In this document: positions 1 through 7,464 of the stretch, in pieces | Numbering within the stretch: position 1 is the first letter of the stretch | Layout: each line of letters opens with the position of its first letter | IMG/VR virus record: IMGVR_UViG_3300045988_070743 | Coordinates: 1 to 38,508 of that record | DNA from: a virus | DNA: 38,508 nucleotides | Direction: 5' to 3' (one strand) | The notes under the pieces: generated by a model | The model's input: the letters and a program-made list of their open reading frames with translations, nothing else | What the model was told of the DNA's origin: nothing | Databases searched by the model: none | Position numbers and translations under genes: made by a program

Positions 1-190
1 CTAAATCAAAGTTACTAACTAAATCTGCCATACGATTGTTAGAATAGCTCTGTAAAGCCGATTCTAGCGTTGTATGGTATGAGATAGGCTTTTGTACGTC
101 TATCTCATTTCCTTCTTTGTCTTTACCTTTTGCAAATGTTACAAGGGCGAATGAACCACCGCTAGAAGTGATTGCATAATTGTTTTGTAA
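1..190. repeat. Terminal direct repeat, copy 1 (matches 38319..38508)
   Basis: 189/190 identical by direct comparison. The only difference is C106 versus T38424. Confidence 0.95.
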
Positions 191-199
191 TCTAATCAT
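1..199 (-). CDS. Hypothetical protein, 5' part of an 88-aa ORF that runs off the left edge
   Basis: ATG at 199-197 follows AAGGAGAAAGAAA. The frame is open to position 1. The same sequence at the right end continues in frame to a TGA at 38253-38251. Confidence 0.6.
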   Translation of the reverse strand, partial: MIRLQNNYAITSSGGSFALVTFAKGKDKEGNEIDVQKPISYHTTLESALQSYSNNRMADLVSNFDL

Positions 200-211
200 T
201 TTCTTTCTCCT

Positions 212-484
212 TCATAAACACTGTCCATCGTGTTTTGCCTCTCTAATACAATTTAAATTGAGTAAAAATTCTTTCTTCAAAACGATTTGGTTTGCCTTTC
301 TTTCTACAATTTTGTGCAAACTACATATTCTGCTATTATCAACTTCTGATAAGCAGTCAGATTCTTTTAAAACATTCTCCAACTCATCTTTATACTTTTT
401 TAGACATTCTGTGTCATCTTCAATTTCTATAGTGTACATTTCAATTAAAGAATCAAGTTCTTCTTCAATCCTTGTTTTAATCAT
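212..484 (-). CDS. Hypothetical protein (90 aa, acidic)
   Basis: GGAG lies 8 nt upstream of the ATG. It is coupled to neighbours by overlapping stop and start. No recognisable motif. Confidence 0.6.
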   Translation of the reverse strand: MIKTRIEEELDSLIEMYTIEIEDDTECLKKYKDELENVLKESDCLSEVDNSRICSLHKIVERKANQIVLKKEFLLNLNCIREAKHDGQCL

Positions 485-714
485 TGTTCTTGCTCCTTTA
501 GCTTTTTAACAAATTCATCAGTTTCTTTTTTGATTTGCACCATTCTTTTAAGTTTTCTCAAACTTGCGTTTTGCTTTTTTCTCAGTTTATTCATAATTAA
601 TTCTTGTTCTTTTTTTGAATCATCCTCAAGCATTTGTCTAAATTGTTCTTTAACCTTTTTTTTATACTCTTCTTCTGTGAATCTGTTTTTTTCTAATAAT
701 TCTTTTTCTTCCAT
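481..714 (-). CDS. Hypothetical Lys/Glu-rich coiled-coil protein (77 aa)
   Basis: ORF with an upstream GGAGGA. The composition suggests a coiled coil. Confidence 0.55.
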   Translation of the reverse strand: MEEKELLEKNRFTEEEYKKKVKEQFRQMLEDDSKKEQELIMNKLRKKQNASLRKLKRMVQIKKETDEFVKKLKEQEQ

Positions 715-759
715 TTAAAAATCATCCTCCTTGTTTATTTCTCCTTTTCAAAATAAAAC

Positions 760-1122
760 TTAATCTTCTTCTTTCTCTTTTAAATATTCCTCATATTTAT
801 CAACTATAAATTCATCCATCTCTTGTTTTGTGATTCCTAGACTTAATAATTCATCTTTGCAATTCATTCCATAGTTCCATGAATCCGTGTCCAAATAGTG
901 TTCTAGTGAATTGTTCTCAACATCTAACCATTTGCAACGACATTCTAGAATGTGTTGCTTATACTGGTCTATTTTTTCGGCCAAATCATTTATTTCTTTT
1001 TTTGCTTGTGCAACATCTTTATCATGTGATTCTTGTTCCTTTTTTAGTTTTCTTTCTAAACACTCGTTATTACTTTTTAACGAATCATATGTTTCTAGTG
1101 ACATTTGAACAAACTCTTTCAT
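760..1122 (-). CDS. Hypothetical protein (120 aa)
   Basis: GGAGGA lies 9 nt upstream of the ATG. There is a TAATG overlap with the upstream small ORF. Confidence 0.6.
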   Translation of the reverse strand: MKEFVQMSLETYDSLKSNNECLERKLKKEQESHDKDVAQAKKEINDLAEKIDQYKQHILECRCKWLDVENNSLEHYLDTDSWNYGMNCKDELLSLGITKQEMDEFIVDKYEEYLKEKEED

Positions 1123-1292
1123 TAAAAATCATCCTCCTCATTTGAATTATCATTAATAATTGCGTTGTATAAGTATTCAATACGCTCTTTGTATTCCTCT
1201 TTTGTGATTTCTGATAAAGGCTTTTTGAATGATGTTGGCAATAATTTAAATCCGAATTCTTTTTCAAATTCTTCTAAATCTTTTTCTGTCAT
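1122..1292 (-). CDS. Small hypothetical protein (56 aa), absent from the ORF track
   Basis: Sequence is MTEKDLEEFEKEFGFKLLPTSFKK...NEEDDF. It has an ATGA overlap with the upstream stop and a TAATG overlap with the downstream start. Confidence 0.55.
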   Translation of the reverse strand: MTEKDLEEFEKEFGFKLLPTSFKKPLSEITKEEYKERIEYLYNAIINDNSNEEDDF

Positions 1293-1555
1293 ACTTCCAC
1301 ATCCTCATCTTGTGGCATTTGGTAAAACTTGTTTTTTTCGATTAAATGGTAACAATTTGTGCCAAAAGCTGGCATAATTTTACTTGGATATGGACATTCA
1401 ATTCTTCCTTGAATTTCATCCAATACCTTTAAAGCCTTTTTTTCATTTGAGTACTTACCAAGTAATGAACAATCGCCCCATATTTGATTAGCACCATCAA
1501 TTTCTAAATCATCAATTTTGGTTAAAATCTTTCTGTCTTGACTTCTAATCCACAT
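1289..1555 (-). CDS. Hypothetical protein (88 aa)
   Basis: ATG follows GAAGGGG. It is tightly packed in the early operon. Confidence 0.55.
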   Translation of the reverse strand: MWIRSQDRKILTKIDDLEIDGANQIWGDCSLLGKYSNEKKALKVLDEIQGRIECPYPSKIMPAFGTNCYHLIEKNKFYQMPQDEDVEV

Positions 1556-1557
1556 AC

Positions 1558-2073
1558 CTAGTACCCCTTCGCTAATCTTTGATAATTCACTTTATTCTTT
1601 TCATAATAAGCTTCATATACTTGTTCAATTGTGAAACCTAGGTATTCACTTATTGCGGTTAATCTTTCCAACTTGTCCCATTTCCATGAAACTAAATCAG
1701 AAAAAGCTACTGTTAACCCAAACTTGTGATTTCTCATAAGGCTTAATATATTTTTTGAATTTCTTTTAAACGTACAAGTATATTCAATCCCCTTTTCTCC
1801 GTTAATGAAGTGGTTCTGATAACTTAACACGAAATGCCAAACATCGACTAATTCGCCTAAAACCTTTTTATCGTCAACCGGTGCTTGCGTTTTTTTCCAC
1901 CAACACCAGTTTCCTTTTAATTCATGAGTCAATTCACCGACTTCATCTAGAATAGCGAAACACAACTTCTCTTCATCAATTTCAGTTAATCCGTATTCTT
2001 TCATAATTGCTTCATCCAATTTGGCTTGCATTTGAAGCATTTCTTTAATCAATTCAATATCTTTACTTGTCAT
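1558..2073 (-). CDS. Dimeric (all-alpha, MazG-like) dUTPase family protein
   Basis: 171 aa with dUTPase_2-type motifs recalled from the family: ILDEVGELTHE, ELVDVWHFVLS, KNKVNYQRL. Confidence 0.65.
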   Translation of the reverse strand: MTSKDIELIKEMLQMQAKLDEAIMKEYGLTEIDEEKLCFAILDEVGELTHELKGNWCWWKKTQAPVDDKKVLGELVDVWHFVLSYQNHFINGEKGIEYTCTFKRNSKNILSLMRNHKFGLTVAFSDLVSWKWDKLERLTAISEYLGFTIEQVYEAYYEKNKVNYQRLAKGY

Positions 2074-2091
2074 ATTTATTTATCTCTCTTT

Positions 2092-2832
2092 CTATGCTCC
2101 TAATATTTCCCTTCTAACTCTTTCCATTTCCTTATGTACATCTGCATACGATTGATTGTTTTCTTGTACATAGAATTTAGAATCTAGTTTAACAGGATTG
2201 CTCTTATTTCTTTTCATCCATTCATCATGTACCCACTTCTGAATCACGAGTGAATGATTTTTATATTTTTTCCCACTCGTTTCAATATACTCATCCAATA
2301 TCTTTATATGCTCATCTAATGAATCACCATATAAATCTAATAGGTGTGTGTGTTCTTTATCTGTAAGTAACACGTGTGAATATTCTCCGTATTTATGTTT
2401 GTGCGTACATACATTAATATTATTTTTATTTAATTCATTTTTAGTTGAATTATTATTTAATTTAATAGGGTTTAGATTTTCTAATTTTAGATTTTCTATT
2501 TTTAGATTTTCTATTTTTAGATTTTCTAAATTCCGAGGATTGTCTATTAATGTATATTGCCAATCAACAATTAAATTACCTTCTCTAATAGGTTCACGAA
2601 TTAAATATCCTTTATTCATTAATTCTTTTAACCCGGAACGAACACTTGATATTCCATCTGTAGCTAATGCTTTAATACTGTTTTCCTTAAAGTCCCAATT
2701 ATCCGGAAGGCTTAACATTTGGCAAAACAAGCCTTTTGCTTTATAGGATAGTTCTCTATCGTGAAATATTTCATTGTTAACGTGTGTATACCCACTTTGT
2801 AGGCTTTTCTTTAGTTCTGCTATTCTAATCAC
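2092..2832 (-). CDS. Replisome organizer / DnaD-like replication initiation protein
   Basis: N-terminal winged-helix-like region (KAKGLFCQMLSLPDNWDF...GLKELMNKGYL). A central ENLKIENLKIENLKLENL repeat is encoded by iterons. GTG 2832 abuts the SD, and ATA 2823-2821 is better spaced. Confidence 0.65.
   Translation of the reverse strand: MIRIAELKKSLQSGYTHVNNEIFHDRELSYKAKGLFCQMLSLPDNWDFKENSIKALATDGISSVRSGLKELMNKGYLIREPIREGNLIVDWQYTLIDNPRNLENLKIENLKIENLKLENLNPIKLNNNSTKNELNKNNINVCTHKHKYGEYSHVLLTDKEHTHLLDLYGDSLDEHIKILDEYIETSGKKYKNHSLVIQKWVHDEWMKRNKSNPVKLDSKFYVQENNQSYADVHKEMERVRREILGA
2471..2530. repeat. Four tandem 15-bp iterons (tttagattttcta[at][at]), candidate origin of replication
   Basis: Direct reading gives copies at 2471, 2486, 2501 and 2516. 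They lie in frame inside the organizer gene, as in other phage replisome-organizer origins. Confidence 0.7.
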
Positions 2833-3202
2833 CCCCTAGAATTTCTACCTCTATTCTTGGATTTTGTTTATCTGTAAATACTGAATGATTCACTTGATTA
2901 ATGTATTTCCTTGAATCATCCTCTAAAATTCCTGTTCTAACTAATGAATCTTGAATGAATTTAGTTGCAAATGTTACGTTATCAACATCACGCCTTGAAT
3001 TTGGTTCATACCAATTAATATTTAATTTAATTGGGTAATTCTTAACTTCGTAAATTTCGCCAAAGTTTACTGCCTGTAAGATATAAGCCATTACAAGACG
3101 CTCGTTCTTTTTCTTCATTTCCGCTCCTTTGTAACGATTTGTTCTACAAGCATTAATATATTCATTCAATCCATCTAGCTTTCCTTTTATTACAAACTTT
3201 AT
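2825..3202 (-). CDS. rusA: RusA-family Holliday junction resolvase (probable ATA start)
   Basis: Motifs LNEYINACRTNRYKGAEMKKK, DVDNV and ILEDDS. The conserved N-terminal strand KFVIKGKLDG lies upstream of the first canonical start (TTG 3169). ATA 3202-3200 overlaps the upstream TAA and follows GGGGGA. Confidence 0.7.
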   Translation of the reverse strand: MKFVIKGKLDGLNEYINACRTNRYKGAEMKKKNERLVMAYILQAVNFGEIYEVKNYPIKLNINWYEPNSRRDVDNVTFATKFIQDSLVRTGILEDDSRKYINQVNHSVFTDKQNPRIEVEILGGD

Positions 3203-3738
3203 TTTTCTTCCCCCTTGATTCCTTTATCTAAATAATATTGAGTGTTGATTCCTAATTGTTCTGCATAATCTAATATGCAATCAATTAATACTCCCATTTG
3301 CTTTGTGTCCATTTGTGATGAGCCTAGAAACAATCTACAATTTACAAATTCGTTTCCATTGTCTCTTATCTCAGTGCCCAATATTTGCACCGCTCTAACT
3401 CCATGTGCTTGAGCCAACGAATCAACACCATCTTTCAAAACTGAAACATATGTATATAAAGCTTTAGCCATTCTCAAAAATTCGCAGTACATATCCCATG
3501 TATCGTTATGACTAGCGTTTTCGTTTTCGCTTATTTCCTTGATTAATGCCCACATAAGCCGATTCTGATTATTCGTACGTAAATGTTTAACCGAATCTAT
3601 AATCACGCTATATTCCCCTTTTTTGAGTGTCTGAGCGTATGATTCGTACAGTGGCTCAGATAGTTCGAATGTTATTTCTAGGTTTCCATCTTCATTTCTT
3701 GATTTTCGGATGAAATTACCTATCAACTTTGTTTTCAA
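3199..3738 (-). CDS. NinB/Orf-like recombination mediator
   Basis: RTNNQNRLMWALIKEIS and LGSSQMDTKQMGVLIDCILDYAEQLGI resemble lambda NinB motifs. The TTG start overlaps the upstream TGA. Confidence 0.55.
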   Translation of the reverse strand: MKTKLIGNFIRKSRNEDGNLEITFELSEPLYESYAQTLKKGEYSVIIDSVKHLRTNNQNRLMWALIKEISENENASHNDTWDMYCEFLRMAKALYTYVSVLKDGVDSLAQAHGVRAVQILGTEIRDNGNEFVNCRLFLGSSQMDTKQMGVLIDCILDYAEQLGINTQYYLDKGIKGEEK

Positions 3739-3965
3739 AATGGACTGTGCTCCATTTCTTCAAATTTTTGAAGTCTGAACAATTCCTTTTGCTCTTCTGT
3801 AATTCCTAGCTCTTTCATCTTGTTAACATCTGTCCAAGAATCTTGATACGGATTGAAATTCTCATCCATAATGTAATTCTCTAAATCCTCAATTCTTTTA
3901 GCTTGAGAAAAATAGATTTCTCTAGGATATGTTTCTTGGTTCTTAATAACATTGTATGAAAACAT
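3735..3965 (-). CDS. Hypothetical protein (76 aa)
   Basis: GGAGG lies 5 nt upstream of the ATG. Confidence 0.6.
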   Translation of the reverse strand: MFSYNVIKNQETYPREIYFSQAKRIEDLENYIMDENFNPYQDSWTDVNKMKELGITEEQKELFRLQKFEEMEHSPF

Positions 3966-3974
3966 ATTTACCTC

Positions 3975-4271
3975 CTATAAATAGTTCTTATGAAATATCT
4001 TCATAAATTCACTTCTTGTGTGTGCCTTCTCAAACGCCTGTTGGCATTCTTTTTTTAACTTCATGTCTAATTTGTGATTAAAATGTACTCCTTCACTGCT
4101 CATGTTGTGATGTCTAGCACATAATCTTACATAACACCCATGCTCAATTGATTTTTTTCGGTTTGCAGTGCCGAAATAAATTTCGTGCGTGTGCAAATCT
4201 AAAGTTGAACCACATACATAACATTTAGACATGTCTTTTTGTAAAATTGACTTATCTCGTTTTATTTCCAA
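3975..4271 (-). CDS. HNH-like zinc-binding nuclease-family protein
   Basis: CYVCGS...LHTHEI...LCARHH pattern (CxxC ... H ... CxxHH). It sits in the recombination module. The start is ambiguous: TTG 4271 or an internal ATG. Confidence 0.4.
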   Translation of the reverse strand: MEIKRDKSILQKDMSKCYVCGSTLDLHTHEIYFGTANRKKSIEHGCYVRLCARHHNMSSEGVHFNHKLDMKLKKECQQAFEKAHTRSEFMKIFHKNYL

Positions 4272-4567
4272 GTTACCTTAACACTAGATTTAACTTGTGT
4301 TTCCTTTGCTAATTGGTGCATAAGACCTAATTCATTCACTAACTTTGTATCAATAGTTGTTCTTGTATATGGTTCTACATATGCAATTTTCACAACATCA
4401 TTTTCAAATGATTTGATACCGTTATTTTCCATAGCTTCTAAGATATTTTTCTTAATATCTTTTTCTAATTTGTCCATTTCCTTTTTGTATTCTTGAAATG
4501 ATTTTAATTTGCTTAATGCTTCCTGTTGAATTTCAATTTGTCCATTTGTTACGTTTACTAATTCCAT
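4262..4567 (-). CDS. Hypothetical protein (101 aa)
   Basis: The best start is ATG 4567, 8 nt after AAGGAGG. The track ORF extends to 4594. Confidence 0.55.
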   Translation of the reverse strand: MELVNVTNGQIEIQQEALSKLKSFQEYKKEMDKLEKDIKKNILEAMENNGIKSFENDVVKIAYVEPYTRTTIDTKLVNELGLMHQLAKETQVKSSVKVTWK

Positions 4568-4580
4568 TTTTCTTTCCTCC

Positions 4581-5246
4581 TTATGCTTTCGCATTTTCTT
4601 TGTAAATAGCTCCGTATGCTTTAATTAATGCCACTAGACCGTTTCCATTTAGATTAGGAATATCTTGTGAACTGATTTTATATTCGGCTTTTAAATGTTC
4701 ACAAAACGCTTCTGAATGTGTATCAATTCCTAACTTCTGTAATTCATTCTGTGCTTTAAAACAACGCATACGAATTTCATCTAACTTGTTATTGTTTTCG
4801 GCTTTCTGTTGTTTTGTTTGTGCATTTTGAATAGTTTCATGTTGTTCGTCTGTATCTGCGTCTTTTGTATCATCTAAGTTGAATAAACCGTTTAACGCAT
4901 ATTTTCTAGCATATGAACTGCATGAACCAGTTACTTGTGAAGCGTCCATACCTTTTTTATTTTCTTCTTCTCTAGCCATTGCCTTTACTTTAATTAATTC
5001 GTTTGAATCCCAATCGTTTAAAATTGCATTTGCTACGACATAATATCTATCTTTAATAACTTCAATCTCATCTGTAAGAATCAAAGTTGCTCTATACTTA
5101 ACACAAATCTTTTTTGCTTCTGCTAAGATATCCTCTGCCGACCTATAACTATATTTACCAAACTTGTTATATTGATTCTTCCCCACTTTCATTTCGTTTT
5201 GTATATGAGATAGCTTTTCATATACATTCATTTTCTTTTCTTCCAT
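4581..5246 (-). CDS. erf: ERF-family single-strand annealing protein
   Basis: KFGKYSYRSAEDILAEAKK and KKGMDASQVTGSCSSYARKYALNGLFNLDD motifs. GGAG lies 9 nt upstream of the ATG. Confidence 0.75.
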   Translation of the reverse strand: MEEKKMNVYEKLSHIQNEMKVGKNQYNKFGKYSYRSAEDILAEAKKICVKYRATLILTDEIEVIKDRYYVVANAILNDWDSNELIKVKAMAREEENKKGMDASQVTGSCSSYARKYALNGLFNLDDTKDADTDEQHETIQNAQTKQQKAENNNKLDEIRMRCFKAQNELQKLGIDTHSEAFCEHLKAEYKISSQDIPNLNGNGLVALIKAYGAIYKENAKA

Positions 5247-5266
5247 CTTCCGTTTCTCCTTTTTTT

Positions 5267-5275
5267 CTGCTATAA
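5267..5275 (+). promoter_or_regulatory. Extended -10 promoter TGCTATAAT on the plus strand
   Basis: Exact TGnTATAAT match read in the erf-upstream intergenic region. It points away from every annotated gene. Confidence 0.45.
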
Positions 5276-5281
5276 TGTATG

Positions 5282-5348
5282 TGTTCTTAATTTAAGAACG
5301 TCATTTCTTGTGTGTGCGTGCTTTGTCGAGTGCGCACCTCTTTTTTTT
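5282..5348 (+). ncRNA. Candidate ~65-nt antisense small RNA (two hairpins plus U-run)
   Basis: Downstream of TGCTATAAT there is a perfect 8-bp-arm palindrome, GTTCTTAA-T-TTAAGAAC (5283-5299). It is followed by hairpin GTGTGCGT/GTGCGCAC (5312-5337) and T8 (5341-5348), a plus-strand-specific intrinsic terminator. Confidence 0.4.
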
Positions 5349-5577
5349 ATTGAAATAACATTCCATAAGTCTTACCAAAACATGCGATAGTCATTAATAG
5401 AATCATAATTGTTGCGAATAACAGAATATTCACACACGTTGTGATTCTTTTTTGATATCTTTTTTCTCTTAAAAGTTCTTTTTCTTCCTTGCTTAAATGT
5501 ATTCGTTTTGGATTAAATGGATAAATGCTTAACTCCATTTCTTCATCTTGAATACTGTTCATTCTTATATCTTCCAT
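5347..5577 (-). CDS. Small C-terminally membrane-anchored protein (76 aa)
   Basis: GGAG lies 6 nt upstream of the ATG. The hydrophobic stretch is CVNILLFATIMILLMTIACF. Confidence 0.6.
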   Translation of the reverse strand: MEDIRMNSIQDEEMELSIYPFNPKRIHLSKEEKELLREKRYQKRITTCVNILLFATIMILLMTIACFGKTYGMLFQ

Positions 5578-5579
5578 GT

Positions 5580-5837
5580 TTATCTCCTAAAGCTTTTTTT
5601 GAACTCAGGAGCACACTTCAAGAATGTTTCTGTGGGAATCACCTTTTGATGAATATTTCTTTGTGTAAACGAATCTTCCCATTCAGTTCCTGTTTCTTTT
5701 TTGTAAGCTTCTTTTACTGCCTTCATAATACTGTAGCAGTAGTTTTTTTTCGTTTGCGGTTTGTATCTATCTAAGTCATAAAGAGCGATTATATCGTCTT
5801 TATTTAGAAGTGCTTTATACTCAATAATCACTTGCAT
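5580..5837 (-). CDS. Hypothetical protein (85 aa; possibly a DUF3173-like DNA-binding protein)
   Basis: The best start is ATG 5837, or GTG 5831, after GGAGG. The track ORF extends to 5873, overlapping the upstream gene. Confidence 0.45.
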   Translation of the reverse strand: MQVIIEYKALLNKDDIIALYDLDRYKPQTKKNYCYSIMKAVKEAYKKETGTEWEDSFTQRNIHQKVIPTETFLKCAPEFKKSFRR

Positions 5838-6006
5838 ACACCTCCATTCTAGATTCGCAAGTATTGATTTCATTTACTTCTTGTAAATCCCTAACATTCA
5901 AGTGATTAGCAATTTCTTTTGCTTCTTCACTGTCATGTGCTTCAACTTCGAATGTGACATTTGCAGTCACATCGAAGGTTACGAAATATGTTCTAGTTTC
6001 AGTCAT
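5821..6006 (-). CDS. Hypothetical protein (61 aa)
   Basis: ATG 6006 lies 6 nt after GAGGTG. The track start at 6030 lacks an SD. Confidence 0.55.
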   Translation of the reverse strand: MTETRTYFVTFDVTANVTFEVEAHDSEEAKEIANHLNVRDLQEVNEINTCESRMEVYASDY

Positions 6007-6127
6007 GTTTCTCACCTCTTTTCGATTCATCTAAGATACAAGCGATATATCCTTGATGAAATTCTGAAAGCTCATAGCCTTTCTTTTGTAGTTCGCCTAA
6101 GGCTTCAAATATTCTCTTGTCTAGTAT
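5999..6127 (-). CDS. Candidate 42-aa ORF with ATA start
   Basis: The open frame (I/M)LDKRIFEALGELQKKGYELSEFHQGYIACILDESKRGEKHD has no canonical start. AAAGAGGGTG lies 6 nt upstream of ATA 6127-6125. The stop overlaps the next ATG. Confidence 0.4.
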   Translation of the reverse strand: MLDKRIFEALGELQKKGYELSEFHQGYIACILDESKRGEKHD

Positions 6128-6210
6128 TGTTTCACCCTCTTTCTTTTTGACCTGTCATCATCAGTGCTAGTAGGTCATCTCTAGCAGATAAGCCTTTCGG
6201 CTTATTTCGA

Positions 6211-6477
6211 CTAATTTGTAGGAGCTATTCTTTCTACTTGATTCAATTTGAATAAGTAAGCTTTTGCTAAAAAGAAATTGTTTTCTATTTTTTCTTCTCC
6301 ATTTGTGTCTGTATACTTCTTCGCTTTAGGTTTCCAAAGTTTTGTGCAAACTGTAGCGTGCTCACCTTTCTTAACTTTGAATCCCATTTCTTTCCATTTT
6401 TGGAATGTGTGGAGAGGTTCAAACTCTCCCATTCCTAATGCTTTCTTTGTATTTTGGATAATTTCTTCGTTTGTCAT
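6211..6477 (-). CDS. Hypothetical protein (88 aa; ArdC-N/DUF1738-like motif)
   Basis: TFQKWKEMGFKVKKGEHA resembles the ArdC N-terminal ssDNA-binding motif. GGAGG lies 9 nt upstream of the ATG. Confidence 0.35.
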   Translation of the reverse strand: MTNEEIIQNTKKALGMGEFEPLHTFQKWKEMGFKVKKGEHATVCTKLWKPKAKKYTDTNGEEKIENNFFLAKAYLFKLNQVERIAPTN

Positions 6478-6494
6478 TTCTTGCGTCCTCCTTA

Positions 6495-6719
6495 TTAATC
6501 ATCCCATTTTAAAATTGCTTCTAATTCGTATTTGTATGTTTCGTGAATTAGTATTTCATTTTCAAGTTGTTCAATTCTTTCGCAAGATAGTTTTGTGCAA
6601 TTTGTATTCACTCTTTGAGCTTGGTTAACCAACCATTCTTTTTCTTGCTCAAGTGAACGCTTTTTGATTTCAATTTGCCAATTCACTCTTACTAGAAACT
6701 TTTCAATTTCGCTTCTCAT
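6495..6719 (-). CDS. Hypothetical coiled-coil protein (74 aa)
   Basis: GGAGG lies 9 nt upstream of the ATG, with a TAATG overlap. Confidence 0.55.
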   Translation of the reverse strand: MRSEIEKFLVRVNWQIEIKKRSLEQEKEWLVNQAQRVNTNCTKLSCERIEQLENEILIHETYKYELEAILKWDD

Positions 6720-6946
6720 TATTTGTTACCTCCCCTTCTTTTGATTTCTCTAAGTTCTTCAATTGTTCCGTTTGTTGTATCAAGCCATTTGAAATAAGTA
6801 GCTCTTTCTTCAACAACTCCTCTATATGGATGATAGCCATTTGCATATAGCTCATTAATAAATGCTTTCTTTGTAGGGTATTCCATTTCAATGAACACCT
6901 TTCTACCTGTATACTTTTCAACTGCTAATGTTACGTATGTTTTCAT
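6719..6946 (-). CDS. First early-operon protein (75 aa), function unknown
   Basis: GGAGGG lies 8 nt upstream of the ATG, immediately downstream of the early promoter and operators. No obvious HTH. Confidence 0.55.
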   Translation of the reverse strand: MKTYVTLAVEKYTGRKVFIEMEYPTKKAFINELYANGYHPYRGVVEERATYFKWLDTTNGTIEELREIKRRGGNK

Positions 6947-7062
6947 TTCTTGTGCCCTCCGCAGTACTCATTTGTACTTTACAAGTACATTATAGTACTT
7001 TTGAATGACATTGTAAAGTATTTTTTGTCCTTTTAATTTACAAGTTTATTCTTTGTGATATT
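6947..7062. promoter_or_regulatory. Divergent genetic-switch region: early lytic promoter plus GTAC-type operators
   Basis: Minus-sense TTTACA (7017-7012), 17 nt, TATAAT (6994-6989). The -10 is bracketed by AGTAC/GTACT. The palindrome TGTACTT-N3-AAGTACA is at 6973-6989, with a further GAGTACT half-site. Confidence 0.65.
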
Positions 7063-7464
7063 ATGAATATAGAGGAGGTAAAACATTTGACTATAGGTGA
7101 AAGAATAAATGCTATTAGGTCTAACTTGAACCTAAGCATGGAAAAGTTCGGAAAGAAAATTGGTATAACTCGAAGTAGTGTCAATTCACTCGAAAAAGGT
7201 GTAAACAATCCTAGTGACCAAACAATCAAATTAATTTGTAAAGAATATAATGTTGATTACTTTTGGTTAACTGAGGGTAAAGGCAATATGTTTCTAGAAT
7301 TGCCGGATAACACTATTGATGAATTAATTGATGAATACCAAATCAACCCAAATCAAAAGCCACTTATCAAGGCTTACTTAAAATCAAGTGAAGAAACAAA
7401 GGAAAGGTTATTGGATTTCATTTATGGAATCATTAAGGAATTAGACAATGCGGAACAAAACTAA
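7063..7464 (+). CDS. XRE-family HTH repressor (cI-like)
   Basis: IGERINAIRSNLNLSMEKFGKKIGITRSSVNSLEKG is a classic XRE HTH. The likely start is TTG 7087, 8 nt after GGAGG. ATG 7063 lacks an SD. Confidence 0.8.
   Translation: MNIEEVKHLTIGERINAIRSNLNLSMEKFGKKIGITRSSVNSLEKGVNNPSDQTIKLICKEYNVDYFWLTEGKGNMFLELPDNTIDELIDEYQINPNQKPLIKAYLKSSEETKERLLDFIYGIIKELDNAEQN

Noticed and set aside
715-1137. The repeated 16-mer ttaaaaatcatcctcc (715-730 and 1122-1137) as a mobile or regulatory repeat.
   Set aside because: Both copies are simply SD-plus-stop-plus-start junctions (AGGAGGATGATTTTTAA) of adjacent small genes. They are most likely a remnant of local gene duplication.
2471-2530. A CRISPR-like array.
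   Set aside because: The repeats are directly tandem, with no spacers, and lie in frame within a coding gene. They are iterons.
6128-6210. Hairpin ATAAGCC-TTTC-GGCTTAT (6190-6207) as a terminator, and a mini-ORF (MMTGQKERG).
   Set aside because: The U-run is poor in both orientations, and the mini-ORF has no SD. The evidence is insufficient.
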